A DNA stretch of 30,917 nucleotides from Gemmatimonadota bacterium. Its GTDB lineage: Bacteria > Gemmatimonadota > Gemmatimonadetes > Palauibacterales > KS3-K002. Each line of letters starts with the position of its first letter. Positions within the stretch are counted from its first letter, which is position 1. A program made the position numbers and the translations under genes. The stretch is from NCBI GenBank assembly GCA_039586255.1, contig JBDHKT010000001.1, positions 1 through 30,917 on the forward strand. The letters are read 5' to 3'. Under the pieces are notes generated by a model. That model saw nothing but the letters and a program-made list of their open reading frames with translations. It ran no database searches and was not told the origin of the DNA. This document shows positions 18,016 to 27,155 of this stretch, in pieces.

Positions 18016-18702
18016 TTATTCTCCCAGCACGGCCTTGGCGTATCCATTCGCCGGGTCGATCCCGCTGCGCAGCAGACCGCCAACCCGTCCTGGACCGCGG
18101 TTGTAGGCGAGTAGCGCCAGGCGTGTATCGCCGTTGTATTCGTCCAGCAGGTAACGGAAATAGCGGAACCCTAGGTGCAGGTTGATCTCCGGGTCGAATA
18201 GATCCCGCGTCTCAACCGCTGGGTCCAGCCAGCGAGCCGTGCTCGGCCTGACCTGTGTGTAACCGATCGCGCCCACCGAGCTCACTGCCGTTCGCCGGAA
18301 CCCGCTCTCCACACGCACCAAATTGAACGCCAGCTCCGGGTTCACATCCTCCGCCAAGGAGATGTCGTAAATCTGCATCGCCCGGTTCGCCGGAATCCGG
18401 AACTCGCCCGAGAATACCTGGATCTGTCCGAGACGCTCGACCTCCAGCGTCTTCAGCTCGATCTCGCTTCGCAGATCACGGTTCTCCGCCGCCAACAACG
18501 CCAGCTCCGAACCCAGTTGCTCCGCCGCCGGGTTGCCGACCTGCGGTATGCCGCCGACTACGCTCGTCGTCGCGATGGCCATGGCCACCACGATCAGCGC
18601 CCAGACCGTCGCCGGCACTTCCGCCAGCTTCGCCTGGACCTGCGGCCACCGGAAGGAGACCGCCTGTGCCTGCGTTTGCCACGTCGATGTATAGTCTCGC
18701 AT
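18016..18702 (-). CDS. SLT-domain lytic transglycosylase with an N-terminal TM helix and coiled coil
   Basis: VRVESGF (catalytic Glu), GAIGYTQV, NLHLGFRYFRYLL and ALLAYNRG motifs. Confidence 0.88.
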   Translation of the reverse strand: MRDYTSTWQTQAQAVSFRWPQVQAKLAEVPATVWALIVVAMAIATTSVVGGIPQVGNPAAEQLGSELALLAAENRDLRSEIELKTLEVERLGQIQVFSGEFRIPANRAMQIYDISLAEDVNPELAFNLVRVESGFRRTAVSSVGAIGYTQVRPSTARWLDPAVETRDLFDPEINLHLGFRYFRYLLDEYNGDTRLALLAYNRGPGRVGGLLRSGIDPANGYAKAVLGE

Positions 18703-18998
18703 TATTTTCCCATCCTGACCTTACGACCCGCCCCTCGCCTCTTGGCCCAACGCCCCGGTGTTCCCCGGGACCCTAGAAGGGCCCTCTTCCCTAACGGCCA
18801 CACCACGAATGCTTTTTCCGCGTGGGATACAGTCGGCCGACCAGCTGTCCGCGCCAAGCGCTGCCGCCTGGACGCTGCCGGAAGCCGGGCCAAAGGCGGA
18901 ACTGGGATCGTAGGGGATCCTACAGTTTTGGCCCACACCTCACCCACCACCACACAGGCCAACACGCTGTCAACCTCGCATCGGCGAGTCATACTTAA

Positions 18999-19490
18999 CT
19001 ACGAATCGCGCCGCTGCCAGGTTCCACTTCGGCCGCCACTCTTCTCGACCAATCGGATGGTGAACTCCATGCCGCGATCGAGTGCCTTGCACATGTCGTA
19101 GACGGTGAGCAAGGCGGCGCTGGCGGCCACCAGCGCTTCCATCTCGGCACCGGTCCGGCCAGTCAATCCGGCCCGGGCCTGGACCTTCACACCGGGAAGG
19201 TCGTCATCTAGGGTCAAAGATACATCAATTACGTCGATCTGTAACGGGTGGCATAATGGGATCCACTCTGCAGCCCGTTTTCCGGCGGAGATGCCGGCGA
19301 CCTTGGCGACGGTGAGTACGTCGCCCTTCTCCAGGGCGTTCTGGCGGATCGCCTCGAGCGTGGCGGGACCCATGCGGATCGAACCCTCTGCGATCGCCGT
19401 CCTGCGTGCCTCCTTCTTGTCTCCAACGTCGATCATGCGGGCACCCCCCTGGTCGTCCACGTGAGACATCTTACGCTTCTTCGATGCCAT
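18999..19490 (-). CDS. moaC: Cyclic pyranopterin monophosphate synthase
   Basis: SHVD..GGARMIDVG.K, KGDVL..A..AGI..K, IPLCHP, TG.EMEAL and YDMCKA motifs. Confidence 0.96.
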   Translation of the reverse strand: MASKKRKMSHVDDQGGARMIDVGDKKEARRTAIAEGSIRMGPATLEAIRQNALEKGDVLTVAKVAGISAGKRAAEWIPLCHPLQIDVIDVSLTLDDDLPGVKVQARAGLTGRTGAEMEALVAASAALLTVYDMCKALDRGMEFTIRLVEKSGGRSGTWQRRDS

Positions 19491-20644
19491 CAGGCGCCTC
19501 CGGGCCCGGCCGGCCTCGCTGACGGGCTTGCCACGCGGTTGGTTCCGAGCCGCGTGAGGTTGGCGACGATCAGCTGAGGGTTCACGTTGCGGTCGGCGAG
19601 GTCCCGGGCCTCGTCGACAGCGTCCAGGAGCTGCACGATCCGGATGAGATCCGGCGGAGGGCCGCCGGCGAGCGTGCCGACGGCTTCGGGATCGGAGGCG
19701 GCGGCCCCTGCTGTAACGGCCAGGAGGTCGCGGAGCAGGCTGCGGGCTTCGCCAAGTAGTCGACCGAAGGCGCCGCGTGCGCCGAAGGAGCGGAAGCGAT
19801 GCGCGGCGGCGAGCTGGGCGGCCGGCCGGCCGTCGAGCAGGGCCCGCACAAGCTCGCCTGCGTTCTCCCGCAGGGTTTCCTGCTCCTCGTCGCGGAGCTC
19901 GAGCGCTCTGCCGATCGATCCGCCGCTTCTGCTTGCGAGGCGACGCGCGTCGGGCTCGGGGATATCCGCATGTGTGGATAGGAAGCCGGCGATCCGCTCA
20001 TCGGGCAGGGGCGCGATTCGAACGGCCTGGACCCGTGACCGAACAGTTGGGAGCAGGGCGCCGGGCACGTCGCTGGTGAGGATGAGGGTCGTGTCGGCGG
20101 GCGGCTCCTCGAGCAGCTTGAGCAAAGCGTTGGCGGCTTCGGGGCTCCCGAGCCCTGGGGTGAGCGCTTCGGCGCGCCCTACGATCAGCACCTTGGCCGG
20201 CCCCATGGCGGGCGACTTCTGGGCCAGCCTGCGCATGGTGTGGACGGCGCCCACGTAGATGCCGGTAGCGCCCTCTTCCTCCTCGAGATAGAGCGGATTC
20301 GCGCGGCGCTCTTCGAGGGCGGCCGCACGTAGATCTTCCAACTTCTGCCTTAGCTGCTGGGCGCCGGAGGCTCGCTTCGGGCGCGGCAGCGGGAAGAACC
20401 AGTTGATGTCCGGGTGCTGCAGCTTGGCGCTCAGCCTGCAAGAGCGGCACGTGCCACATGGTCGGGCGCTTTCGTCGCTGCAGTTGACAGCGGCGGCGAT
20501 CCAGAGAGCCAGGCGCTGCTTGCCGACTCCCCGCGGTCCGTGGAGGAGGAGCGATTGCGGCAACCGGCCGAGCGCCGCTGCCCGGGCGAACCGCTCGCGG
20601 ATCTCCTCGTGACCGAAGACGGCCAGATAACCGGGCTCAGCCAC
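19490..20644 (-). CDS. holB: DNA polymerase III delta' subunit
   Basis: LLLHGPRGVGK, C..PCG.C.SC zinc finger, HPD, ANALLKLLEEPP and LLPTVRSR motifs. Confidence 0.9.
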   Translation of the reverse strand: MAEPGYLAVFGHEEIRERFARAAALGRLPQSLLLHGPRGVGKQRLALWIAAAVNCSDESARPCGTCRSCRLSAKLQHPDINWFFPLPRPKRASGAQQLRQKLEDLRAAALEERRANPLYLEEEEGATGIYVGAVHTMRRLAQKSPAMGPAKVLIVGRAEALTPGLGSPEAANALLKLLEEPPADTTLILTSDVPGALLPTVRSRVQAVRIAPLPDERIAGFLSTHADIPEPDARRLASRSGGSIGRALELRDEEQETLRENAGELVRALLDGRPAAQLAAAHRFRSFGARGAFGRLLGEARSLLRDLLAVTAGAAASDPEAVGTLAGGPPPDLIRIVQLLDAVDEARDLADRNVNPQLIVANLTRLGTNRVASPSARPAGPGGA

Positions 20645-21854
20645 CCGATCTCCTCAACCAGGGGCGTGGGTCTACAGCGCCGCGGTTGACCCGGAGCTGG
20701 AACTCCAGGTGGGGACCCTCGGGCGTGTCGACGCCTCCCACCCGGCCCAATACCTGCCCCGTGGCCACCAGGTCGCCTTCGCGTACGAGTATCTCCGATA
20801 GATACAGAAAGACCGTGTAATAGCCTCCGCCGTGGCTGAGGATCACAGAAGGCCCATAGCTCATGTAGGGTTGCGCGAATGCGACCGTGCCAGTGGCCAC
20901 CGCTTTGACCTCGGTGTGCTCCGCGGCCGCGATCCCCATGCCCTGCCGGATGATCACCGTGCCGTCCGGGTTCCTTTGCTGGCCGAAGCCGTAGATCACT
21001 CTGCCCTGAACAGGCCAGCTGAGCGTGCCGCGGTCCTCCGGCGCCAAAGTGCTGGCCGTCGGCGAAGCCGCGGCGAGGGCCTCGGCAGCTTCACGCTCCC
21101 GCTCCAGGCGGTCGACCAGACCGGTGAGCTGGTTCTCCGCCAGCTCCAGCTCCTCCAGCTGACGCGCCGTAGTGGCCTGTTGCCCGCGTGCGGTCTGGAG
21201 ACGACGGCCGCGCTCCTGTTCCAAATGGTAGAGGTCCTGGATCTCGCGAACCTTCTCGGAGCGTACATCGCGCAGTCCCTGGACTTCGCGCCGCAGCATG
21301 TCGTATTGCTCTTCCAACAGGTCCTTGAGATCCTCGATCTGTCTCACCAGCAGCCGGTCGTGCAACGCGACGAGGTAGAGATACTGGTAGCGGTTGATGA
21401 GATCGCCGAAGTTCTCCGCCGCCAGCAGGACCTGCCAGTCCGCCAGCGGTCCCCGTACGTACAGGTCGCGGACACGGCGAGCGAAGAGGACTTCTTTCTC
21501 CACCAGCTGGTCTCGCGTTCGCAGAAGATCGGACGTAGTCGCCACAACTTGCTGATCGCGAAGCGCCAGCTGGTGGTCCATCTCGCGCAGCAGCGCTTCA
21601 TGGTTCCTGGCCTGCTCGTTCAGGTTCTCCAGCTCTGCGCTCACGTCGTGGATCTGGGCCGACAGGTCATCCATCTCGTTGCGCAGGCGACGCTGCTCAT
21701 CTCGGATCGCCGCCAGCTGCTGGCGGCTCAGGCGGATCTGTTCTTCCAACGGTGCGATGGGGTCATCCTGGCCCAGAGCCGGACCCGCCAGGGCGAATAC
21801 GGCGAGCGCCGCAAGGGAGCGAGCGCGTAGAGGGGCAGGCGCCGGTTTACGCAT
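20637..21854 (-). CDS. envC: EnvC-like murein hydrolase activator (coiled coil plus degenerate M23 domain)
   Basis: Signal peptide, long coiled coil, and an M23 domain lacking the HxxxD zinc motif (RQGMGI); follows ftsEX. Confidence 0.88.
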   Translation of the reverse strand: MRKPAPAPLRARSLAALAVFALAGPALGQDDPIAPLEEQIRLSRQQLAAIRDEQRRLRNEMDDLSAQIHDVSAELENLNEQARNHEALLREMDHQLALRDQQVVATTSDLLRTRDQLVEKEVLFARRVRDLYVRGPLADWQVLLAAENFGDLINRYQYLYLVALHDRLLVRQIEDLKDLLEEQYDMLRREVQGLRDVRSEKVREIQDLYHLEQERGRRLQTARGQQATTARQLEELELAENQLTGLVDRLEREREAAEALAAASPTASTLAPEDRGTLSWPVQGRVIYGFGQQRNPDGTVIIRQGMGIAAAEHTEVKAVATGTVAFAQPYMSYGPSVILSHGGGYYTVFLYLSEILVREGDLVATGQVLGRVGGVDTPEGPHLEFQLRVNRGAVDPRPWLRRSGG

Positions 21855-22710
21855 AGGTGATAAGGTGTCGTCTCAGCGCTGTGTCGCTGGCTAGTAGACC
21901 CAGGATGCCCCCGGCCAGCACGCCGAGGCTCGCCCAGAGCGGCGGCAACCACTCCAGGTCGATGAGAGAACCGTTCACCGCCAGGTATGCCCCGTAGGTG
22001 AGGAGCAGGGCGAGTGCGCCGCCCGCCAGCCCCGTTATGAACCCCTCGAGCAGAAACGGCCGGCGAACGAAGCCGTCGGTGGCGCCGACCAGCTGCATGA
22101 TGACGATCTCCTCGCGGCGCGCCAGCACGGCCATTCGCACCGTCGTGCCAATGATCAGGATAGCGACGACGGCGAAGGCGATCCCCAAGATGGCGGCTAC
22201 GGCGCCGCCCAGTCGCCTCAGCTGGTAGATCTTCTCCACCCACTCGCGCCCATATTGCACGTCCTCGACGAATGGGTAGAGCGCGATGAGTTCGGCGACG
22301 CGCTGGACCGACTCCGGGTCGCGATAGTCCGGTCGCAGCTGAACCTCGAGCGAGGCGGGAAGTGGATTCACCTCCAGATCGGTGAACACCTCGCGGAACT
22401 CTTCCAGTTGCTGCATGGCGTTCCGCATCGCCTCGAACTTAGAGACGTGGATGGCGTTCTCCACTTCTGGGAAGGATCCGACGTCGTTCTGCAGAACCTC
22501 CAGCTGCTCCGCAGAGACGTTGTCCCGGAGATAGGCGACGACCTCGACGCGACGCTCGATCGTTCGGAGTGTGACGTCGACGTTGTAGGTGACGAGCCCG
22601 AACGTCCCGAGCACGAACAGGCTCAGCCCGATGCTCATGGCCGAAAGGACTGCAAGACCGGGCGCGCGCCGGAACGCGGCGATCGCCTCGCGCACGCTAT
22701 GATTCGCCAT
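21847..22710 (-). CDS. ftsX: Cell division permease FtsX
   Basis: NPLPASLEV, VEDVQYG, RREEI.IMQLVGAT.GFVRRPFLLEG motifs. ATG 22710 preferred over the ORF-track start at 22755. Confidence 0.95.
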   Translation of the reverse strand: MANHSVREAIAAFRRAPGLAVLSAMSIGLSLFVLGTFGLVTYNVDVTLRTIERRVEVVAYLRDNVSAEQLEVLQNDVGSFPEVENAIHVSKFEAMRNAMQQLEEFREVFTDLEVNPLPASLEVQLRPDYRDPESVQRVAELIALYPFVEDVQYGREWVEKIYQLRRLGGAVAAILGIAFAVVAILIIGTTVRMAVLARREEIVIMQLVGATDGFVRRPFLLEGFITGLAGGALALLLTYGAYLAVNGSLIDLEWLPPLWASLGVLAGGILGLLASDTALRRHLITYA

Positions 22711-23392
22711 CGGCCTTTCCCACCTCACCAGCCGAGTCGTAAACGACCGCCCCATCGGTGAGCTCGATCACGCGGTACTGGGGGTAACGACGCACGAGAT
22801 CCAGATTGTGTGTCGCCATGAGGACGGCCGTGCCGGCGGAGTTGATATCCCGCGTCAACTCGAAGATGCCACGCGACGCACGCTCGTCCAGGTTGCCCGT
22901 CGGCTCGTCGGCGAGCAGGACGACCGGGTCGTGGATCAGGGCACGGGCGAGAGCGATCCGCTGCTGCTCACCCCCGGAAAGCTCCTCCGGATAGGCGCCG
23001 GCGCGGGGCGCCAACCCGACCTGCGCCAGCAGCCGCTGCACCTTCCCCTTGGTCTCGCTGCGCCGAGCGCCGGTGACTTCGAGGGCGAAGGCCAGGTTCT
23101 CAGCCGCCGTACGGTCGCGTAGCAGGCGGAAGGTCTGGAACACCATACCGACCCGGCGCCTGAGCCTCGGGATGTCACGGCGCTTCATCCGCATGGATGA
23201 GTAACCGGAGACCCGCACTTCGCCGTCCGTTGGGCCCTCGACCATGTGAATGAGACGCAGGATGGTTGTCTTGCCCGCACCCGAGGGACCGATGAGAAAT
23301 GCGAACTCGCCCTTCCTCAGGTGGAACGACACGTTCTTCAGAGCAAGCCCGGAGCGCGGGTATTCCTTGTAGACGTTGATGAGCTTGATCAC
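22697..23392 (-). CDS. ftsE: Cell division ATP-binding protein FtsE
   Basis: GPSGAGKTT, LSGGEQQR and LADEPTGNLD motifs; directly upstream of ftsX. Confidence 0.95.
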   Translation of the reverse strand: MIKLINVYKEYPRSGLALKNVSFHLRKGEFAFLIGPSGAGKTTILRLIHMVEGPTDGEVRVSGYSSMRMKRRDIPRLRRRVGMVFQTFRLLRDRTAAENLAFALEVTGARRSETKGKVQRLLAQVGLAPRAGAYPEELSGGEQQRIALARALIHDPVVLLADEPTGNLDERASRGIFELTRDINSAGTAVLMATHNLDLVRRYPQYRVIELTDGAVVYDSAGEVGKADGES

Positions 23393-23438
23393 GAGACCCG
23401 GTCGCCGGGGGCGGAGCAGAGGGCAGGGGTGGCTGCCT

Positions 23439-24401
23439 TCATACGTCGGCCAATCTACTGGACTTCTTGGGGGACGTCAAAGCGCGCCGCGCGAAACTGA
23501 CGGCGGCTTCCAGCGCCGCCCGCATCGACGCCGGATCGGCGCTCCCACTGCCGGCGATATCGAAGGCGGTGCCGTGGTCGGGCGACGTGCGCGGGAATGG
23601 CAGGCCGAGCGTAACGTTGACAGCCGACCCAAATGCGGCCGTCTTGATCGCCGCCATCCCCACGTCGTGGTAGGGAGCCAGCACGGCATCGCACGCGCCG
23701 CGCATCGCGCGCAGGAACACGGTATCGGCGGGGTAGGGGCCATCGATATCGACCCCTTCGCGGCGTAGCCCGGCGATGGCCGGCTCGCACACACGCTCTT
23801 CCTCGTCGCCGAACAGCCCATCGTCCGAGGCGTGCGGGTTGAGCGAGCAGACGGCGAGCCGCGGTCGCTCGAGCCCCCACCAGCGCCTCAATCCCTCGTC
23901 GGCTAGGCGGGCGATTACCGATAGCCGTTCCGCCGTGTAGGCTTGAGGTACGAGACGCAGCGCCATGTGACCCGTGACCAGGACGACCCTGAGCGCTGAG
24001 CCGAGGGACGTCGTTTCGGCGGCGAGACAGAGAGCCGTCTCGGGAACGCCGGCTAGGTCACGGAGCATCTCCGTATGCCCCGGCCAATCGTGGCCGGCCG
24101 CGGCGAGCGCCGACTTGCAGATCGGCGCGGTGACGATCGCATCCACCTCACCGCGGCCAGCAAGAGATACGGCACACTCGATGGCTGCGGCAGAGAGGCG
24201 GCCCGCTTCCTGGGCGCCGCCGTCGGCGCTCCAGTGGCCGACCGAGACGAGCTCAAGCCCACGGGTCTCCTCGAGCCCTTCGGCCCCAACCAGGACGAAC
24301 TCGGCGTCAAGCGCCGGCGAATCGCTCAGAGCGCGGACCGCGACTTCGGGCCCGATGCCCCGCGGGTCGCCCAGTGTTACCGCGATCTTCGGCCGTCGCA
24401 T
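23439..24401 (-). CDS. pdxA: 4-hydroxythreonine-4-phosphate dehydrogenase
   Basis: TLGDPRGIGPEV, TAPI.K, GHTE, LNPHA, YHD and RTSPDHGTAFDIAG motifs. Confidence 0.95.
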   Translation of the reverse strand: MRRPKIAVTLGDPRGIGPEVAVRALSDSPALDAEFVLVGAEGLEETRGLELVSVGHWSADGGAQEAGRLSAAAIECAVSLAGRGEVDAIVTAPICKSALAAAGHDWPGHTEMLRDLAGVPETALCLAAETTSLGSALRVVLVTGHMALRLVPQAYTAERLSVIARLADEGLRRWWGLERPRLAVCSLNPHASDDGLFGDEEERVCEPAIAGLRREGVDIDGPYPADTVFLRAMRGACDAVLAPYHDVGMAAIKTAAFGSAVNVTLGLPFPRTSPDHGTAFDIAGSGSADPASMRAALEAAVSFARRALTSPKKSSRLADV

Positions 24402-24408
24402 TACAGGG

Positions 24409-25764
24409 TTACCCTGGAAGAGGGAATTCGTCGAGTCGAGTCTCGATGTACGTCGCTTCCCGCAGATCGTTGATGATTTTTTCTAACGTCCTAATCTGCT
24501 GGATCCGCTGTCTGTACGTCTCGCGCGCGTCATCGATGGTCCACTCGCCGGCCGGCCGCAGCTCCGAGATCTGTGCCACGACCCACTTGCCGCTGCCGCC
24601 GCTCGACGACGCGAGTGGAAACGGGCCGATGATGTCCCCTGGTGCGGCTCCAACGATTGCGTCTTGGTAGTTCGGGGGCAGCCGGTCCTGCGGGTAGCCG
24701 GTGAGGGTGCTCTGTTCCGATGGGTCGCCATGCGCGGTGATGAGCGAATCGATGTCGGCGCCCCCGCGAAGCGCGGTGGCCACCTCCTCGGTCAGCAGAC
24801 GCGCGGTTTCCATGTCTGCTTCCGTCACCTCCAGCCTGATGAGGATGTGGCGCGTCAGCCGTTCGGCGCCCCGCACGCGCTCGAGCTTGATTATGTGATA
24901 GCCGATGCCCGTCTCGACGAGGTTGCTCACCTGACCGGGCCGCATCCGGAACAGGGTCTCGTCGAATTCCGGCAACAACTGGCCCTGCCTGATCCAGCCC
25001 AGATCACCGCCTTCCTCCCGCGTCGCAAGGTCATCGGAGAACTCGCGGGCGATCAGGGCGAAGTCTTCGCCCGCCCGCAGCCGCGATAGCGCCTGCTCGG
25101 CCCGTTCCCGTGCCCCCAGCTCCGCTTCCTCCGAAGAGTGTGGCGCAATGATGACCTGCTCCAGACTGATGGTGGCCGGCCTGGGCCCCAGGGAAGCTCT
25201 CTCAGCCTCGAAAGCCTCGCGGATCTCGGCCTCGCTCACCGGGACCGGCTGCATGCGGCTGAACTCCTGCTGCAGAAACTGGCTCGACGTGAGCTCGACC
25301 CGTGTCCGCTGAGTGATCCGGATGCGGAACTCGGCGGAGGTCGTGCCCATGGCGACCAGGGCCTGCTGGAACTCGGCCTCGGTAGGGAAGTTACGTCGGA
25401 TCTGAACCAGCCGTTCCTCGACATACTGGTTGACATCGCTGTCCGAGACCGTGATACCGGCACGCCGGGCGTGAATGTAGACCACGACCTCGTCGATCTT
25501 CCGGTCCAGGGTTTCCTCCAGGAACAGCCGTAACTCTTGGGGGTCCTGAGGGACCCGCACGCCCTGGGCCTGAGCCTCGATGATGTACTCCTGAAGTTCC
25601 GTCCAGACGATGGCGGTGTCACCGATCACGGCGACGACGCCCTCAACAAGCTGCGACGGATCCTGTTGAGCGGCGGCGATGCCTTGCCTCGCTCCGGCGG
25701 CGGCTGCCACCAGCCAGAGGAGACCCGCTGCCCGAATGCCAGCCTTCAGTGTGAAACGGTTCAT
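24409..25764 (-). CDS. surA: SurA-like periplasmic chaperone/parvulin PPIase
   Basis: Signal peptide, EGVVAVIGD..I SurA N-domain, rotamase motif F..IAREFSDD..T.EEGGDLGW, GYHIIK; directly upstream of pdxA. Confidence 0.8.
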   Translation of the reverse strand: MNRFTLKAGIRAAGLLWLVAAAAGARQGIAAAQQDPSQLVEGVVAVIGDTAIVWTELQEYIIEAQAQGVRVPQDPQELRLFLEETLDRKIDEVVVYIHARRAGITVSDSDVNQYVEERLVQIRRNFPTEAEFQQALVAMGTTSAEFRIRITQRTRVELTSSQFLQQEFSRMQPVPVSEAEIREAFEAERASLGPRPATISLEQVIIAPHSSEEAELGARERAEQALSRLRAGEDFALIAREFSDDLATREEGGDLGWIRQGQLLPEFDETLFRMRPGQVSNLVETGIGYHIIKLERVRGAERLTRHILIRLEVTEADMETARLLTEEVATALRGGADIDSLITAHGDPSEQSTLTGYPQDRLPPNYQDAIVGAAPGDIIGPFPLASSSGGSGKWVVAQISELRPAGEWTIDDARETYRQRIQQIRTLEKIINDLREATYIETRLDEFPLPG

Positions 25765-27155
25765 TGGCTCTGCTCCTGGCGGATCGCGAGTACCCGGTCG
25801 ATGACTGCCGGGTAGCGGTCTTCATAAACTTGGAAGGTCCGCTTCTGATACAAGGGCATCGACACACGGCGCAGCGCTCCGGCTGGCACACGGAATTCGG
25901 TTGCGTTGCTCACGGCACGTTCGACGGCGCTGGCTATGGTTTCTCCACCGCCGATGAGGTCCTGGCGGTCTAATCCGGCCTGGCGCACCACCGTCCGCAG
26001 ATCGCGATATGCGGCGTCCAGGTGATTGCTCCGCTCGTCCTCAGAGATTGTGTAGCCGAGAACGGTCGCGACTTCGAAGATGAGCTTGTCCCGCGTCATC
26101 TCAATCAGGAGATCGTGTACAGTGGCGGAATCGAACTCGGCAAAGTACGGTTGCTCCGAGACGTTCTCTCTAATGAAATACGCCACCCAGTCGCCGACTG
26201 TGACAGCGCCACCGCGATAACGCGCCAGTACGGCGGCGCGGCTGACGGTGCTGAGTCGTCGGTATCGCGCGGAGCGGGCCAGCCATTCCACCAGATTGGT
26301 GGCGCCCTGCGCGATGCGGACGTCGGCAGCCTCGACTAGAGAATCCAGGAACGCTACCTCCCGCTCGTAAACTTGGTTCTGCACGTATTGTTGCCGGTAG
26401 ACGTCGCGGGCGGATTCGAAATCTGGCGAGTCCCTATCGGTGACTTTGAAGATGTGATACCCGAACACCGACCTTACTGTTTCGCTGATCTCACCCGGCT
26501 GCATTGCGAGAAGCGCCGCTTCCAAGTCCGCCAGGAAGTGGCCCCGGGCTACCCAGCCGAGGTACCCGCCCTGGGGCGCGCTAGTGGGATCCTGCGAGTA
26601 CGCCCGGGCGAGCCGGCCGAAATCCTCTCCGAGAACAGCGCGCTCGCGGATGGCCTCAGCGAGCTGCCGTAAGCTGTCGAGCTCAGCTTCCGTGGCCCCG
26701 GAAGTGCTGATGAAGATTTGCTGCGCCTCGACACGTAGGAAGGGCTGCTGGAGCTCATAGGCCAGTCGCAGCGCCGCGTCAGAAGAGTCGACCTGCGCCA
26801 CGATCACGGCCTCATGAAACTGACGAACGACGGTCCGCTCCACGGCGCCCTCGATAAGCGGCCCCATGTCTAGGTCGGCGAACTCGTCGGGGCTGGCGAG
26901 CTCGGTGGCGAGCAATACGTAGGCGATCCATAGATCTGCGATCTGGTCGATAGAAGCCGCTGTGGGGGAGACGCTCCGCGGAATGCGGGCGGTGGTGAGC
27001 TCAGCCGCCTTCTCGATGGTAAGCGGAAACCCGGCCGCGCTCGCCACGATGTTCTGGTGGCCCTCCATCGCATCTCGGACGGATGAGCAGGCGGCAAGCG
27101 AAGCGGCGAGTGCGGTGACGAGAAGGGGAATCGAGTTCTGGCGTCTCATGTTCAT
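25761..27155 (-). CDS. Parvulin (PpiC-type) PPIase lipoprotein
   Basis: Lipobox LAA-C; F..LARAYSQDP.SA.QGGYLGW and FGYHIFKV rotamase motifs. Confidence 0.85.
   Translation of the reverse strand: MNMRRQNSIPLLVTALAASLAACSSVRDAMEGHQNIVASAAGFPLTIEKAAELTTARIPRSVSPTAASIDQIADLWIAYVLLATELASPDEFADLDMGPLIEGAVERTVVRQFHEAVIVAQVDSSDAALRLAYELQQPFLRVEAQQIFISTSGATEAELDSLRQLAEAIRERAVLGEDFGRLARAYSQDPTSAPQGGYLGWVARGHFLADLEAALLAMQPGEISETVRSVFGYHIFKVTDRDSPDFESARDVYRQQYVQNQVYEREVAFLDSLVEAADVRIAQGATNLVEWLARSARYRRLSTVSRAAVLARYRGGAVTVGDWVAYFIRENVSEQPYFAEFDSATVHDLLIEMTRDKLIFEVATVLGYTISEDERSNHLDAAYRDLRTVVRQAGLDRQDLIGGGETIASAVERAVSNATEFRVPAGALRRVSMPLYQKRTFQVYEDRYPAVIDRVLAIRQEQSQ

Noticed and set aside
18720-18900. c-di-AMP (ydaO) or c-di-GMP riboswitch upstream of the SLT gene
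   Set aside because: The conserved core motifs of these riboswitches were not found by eye.
18960-18975. TTGACA on the - strand upstream of the SLT gene
   Set aside because: No TAnnnT -10 at 16-19 nt spacing.
20832-21830. 332-aa + strand ORF
   Set aside because: Antisense shadow of envC with no recognisable motifs; long shadow ORFs are expected in high-GC coiled-coil genes.
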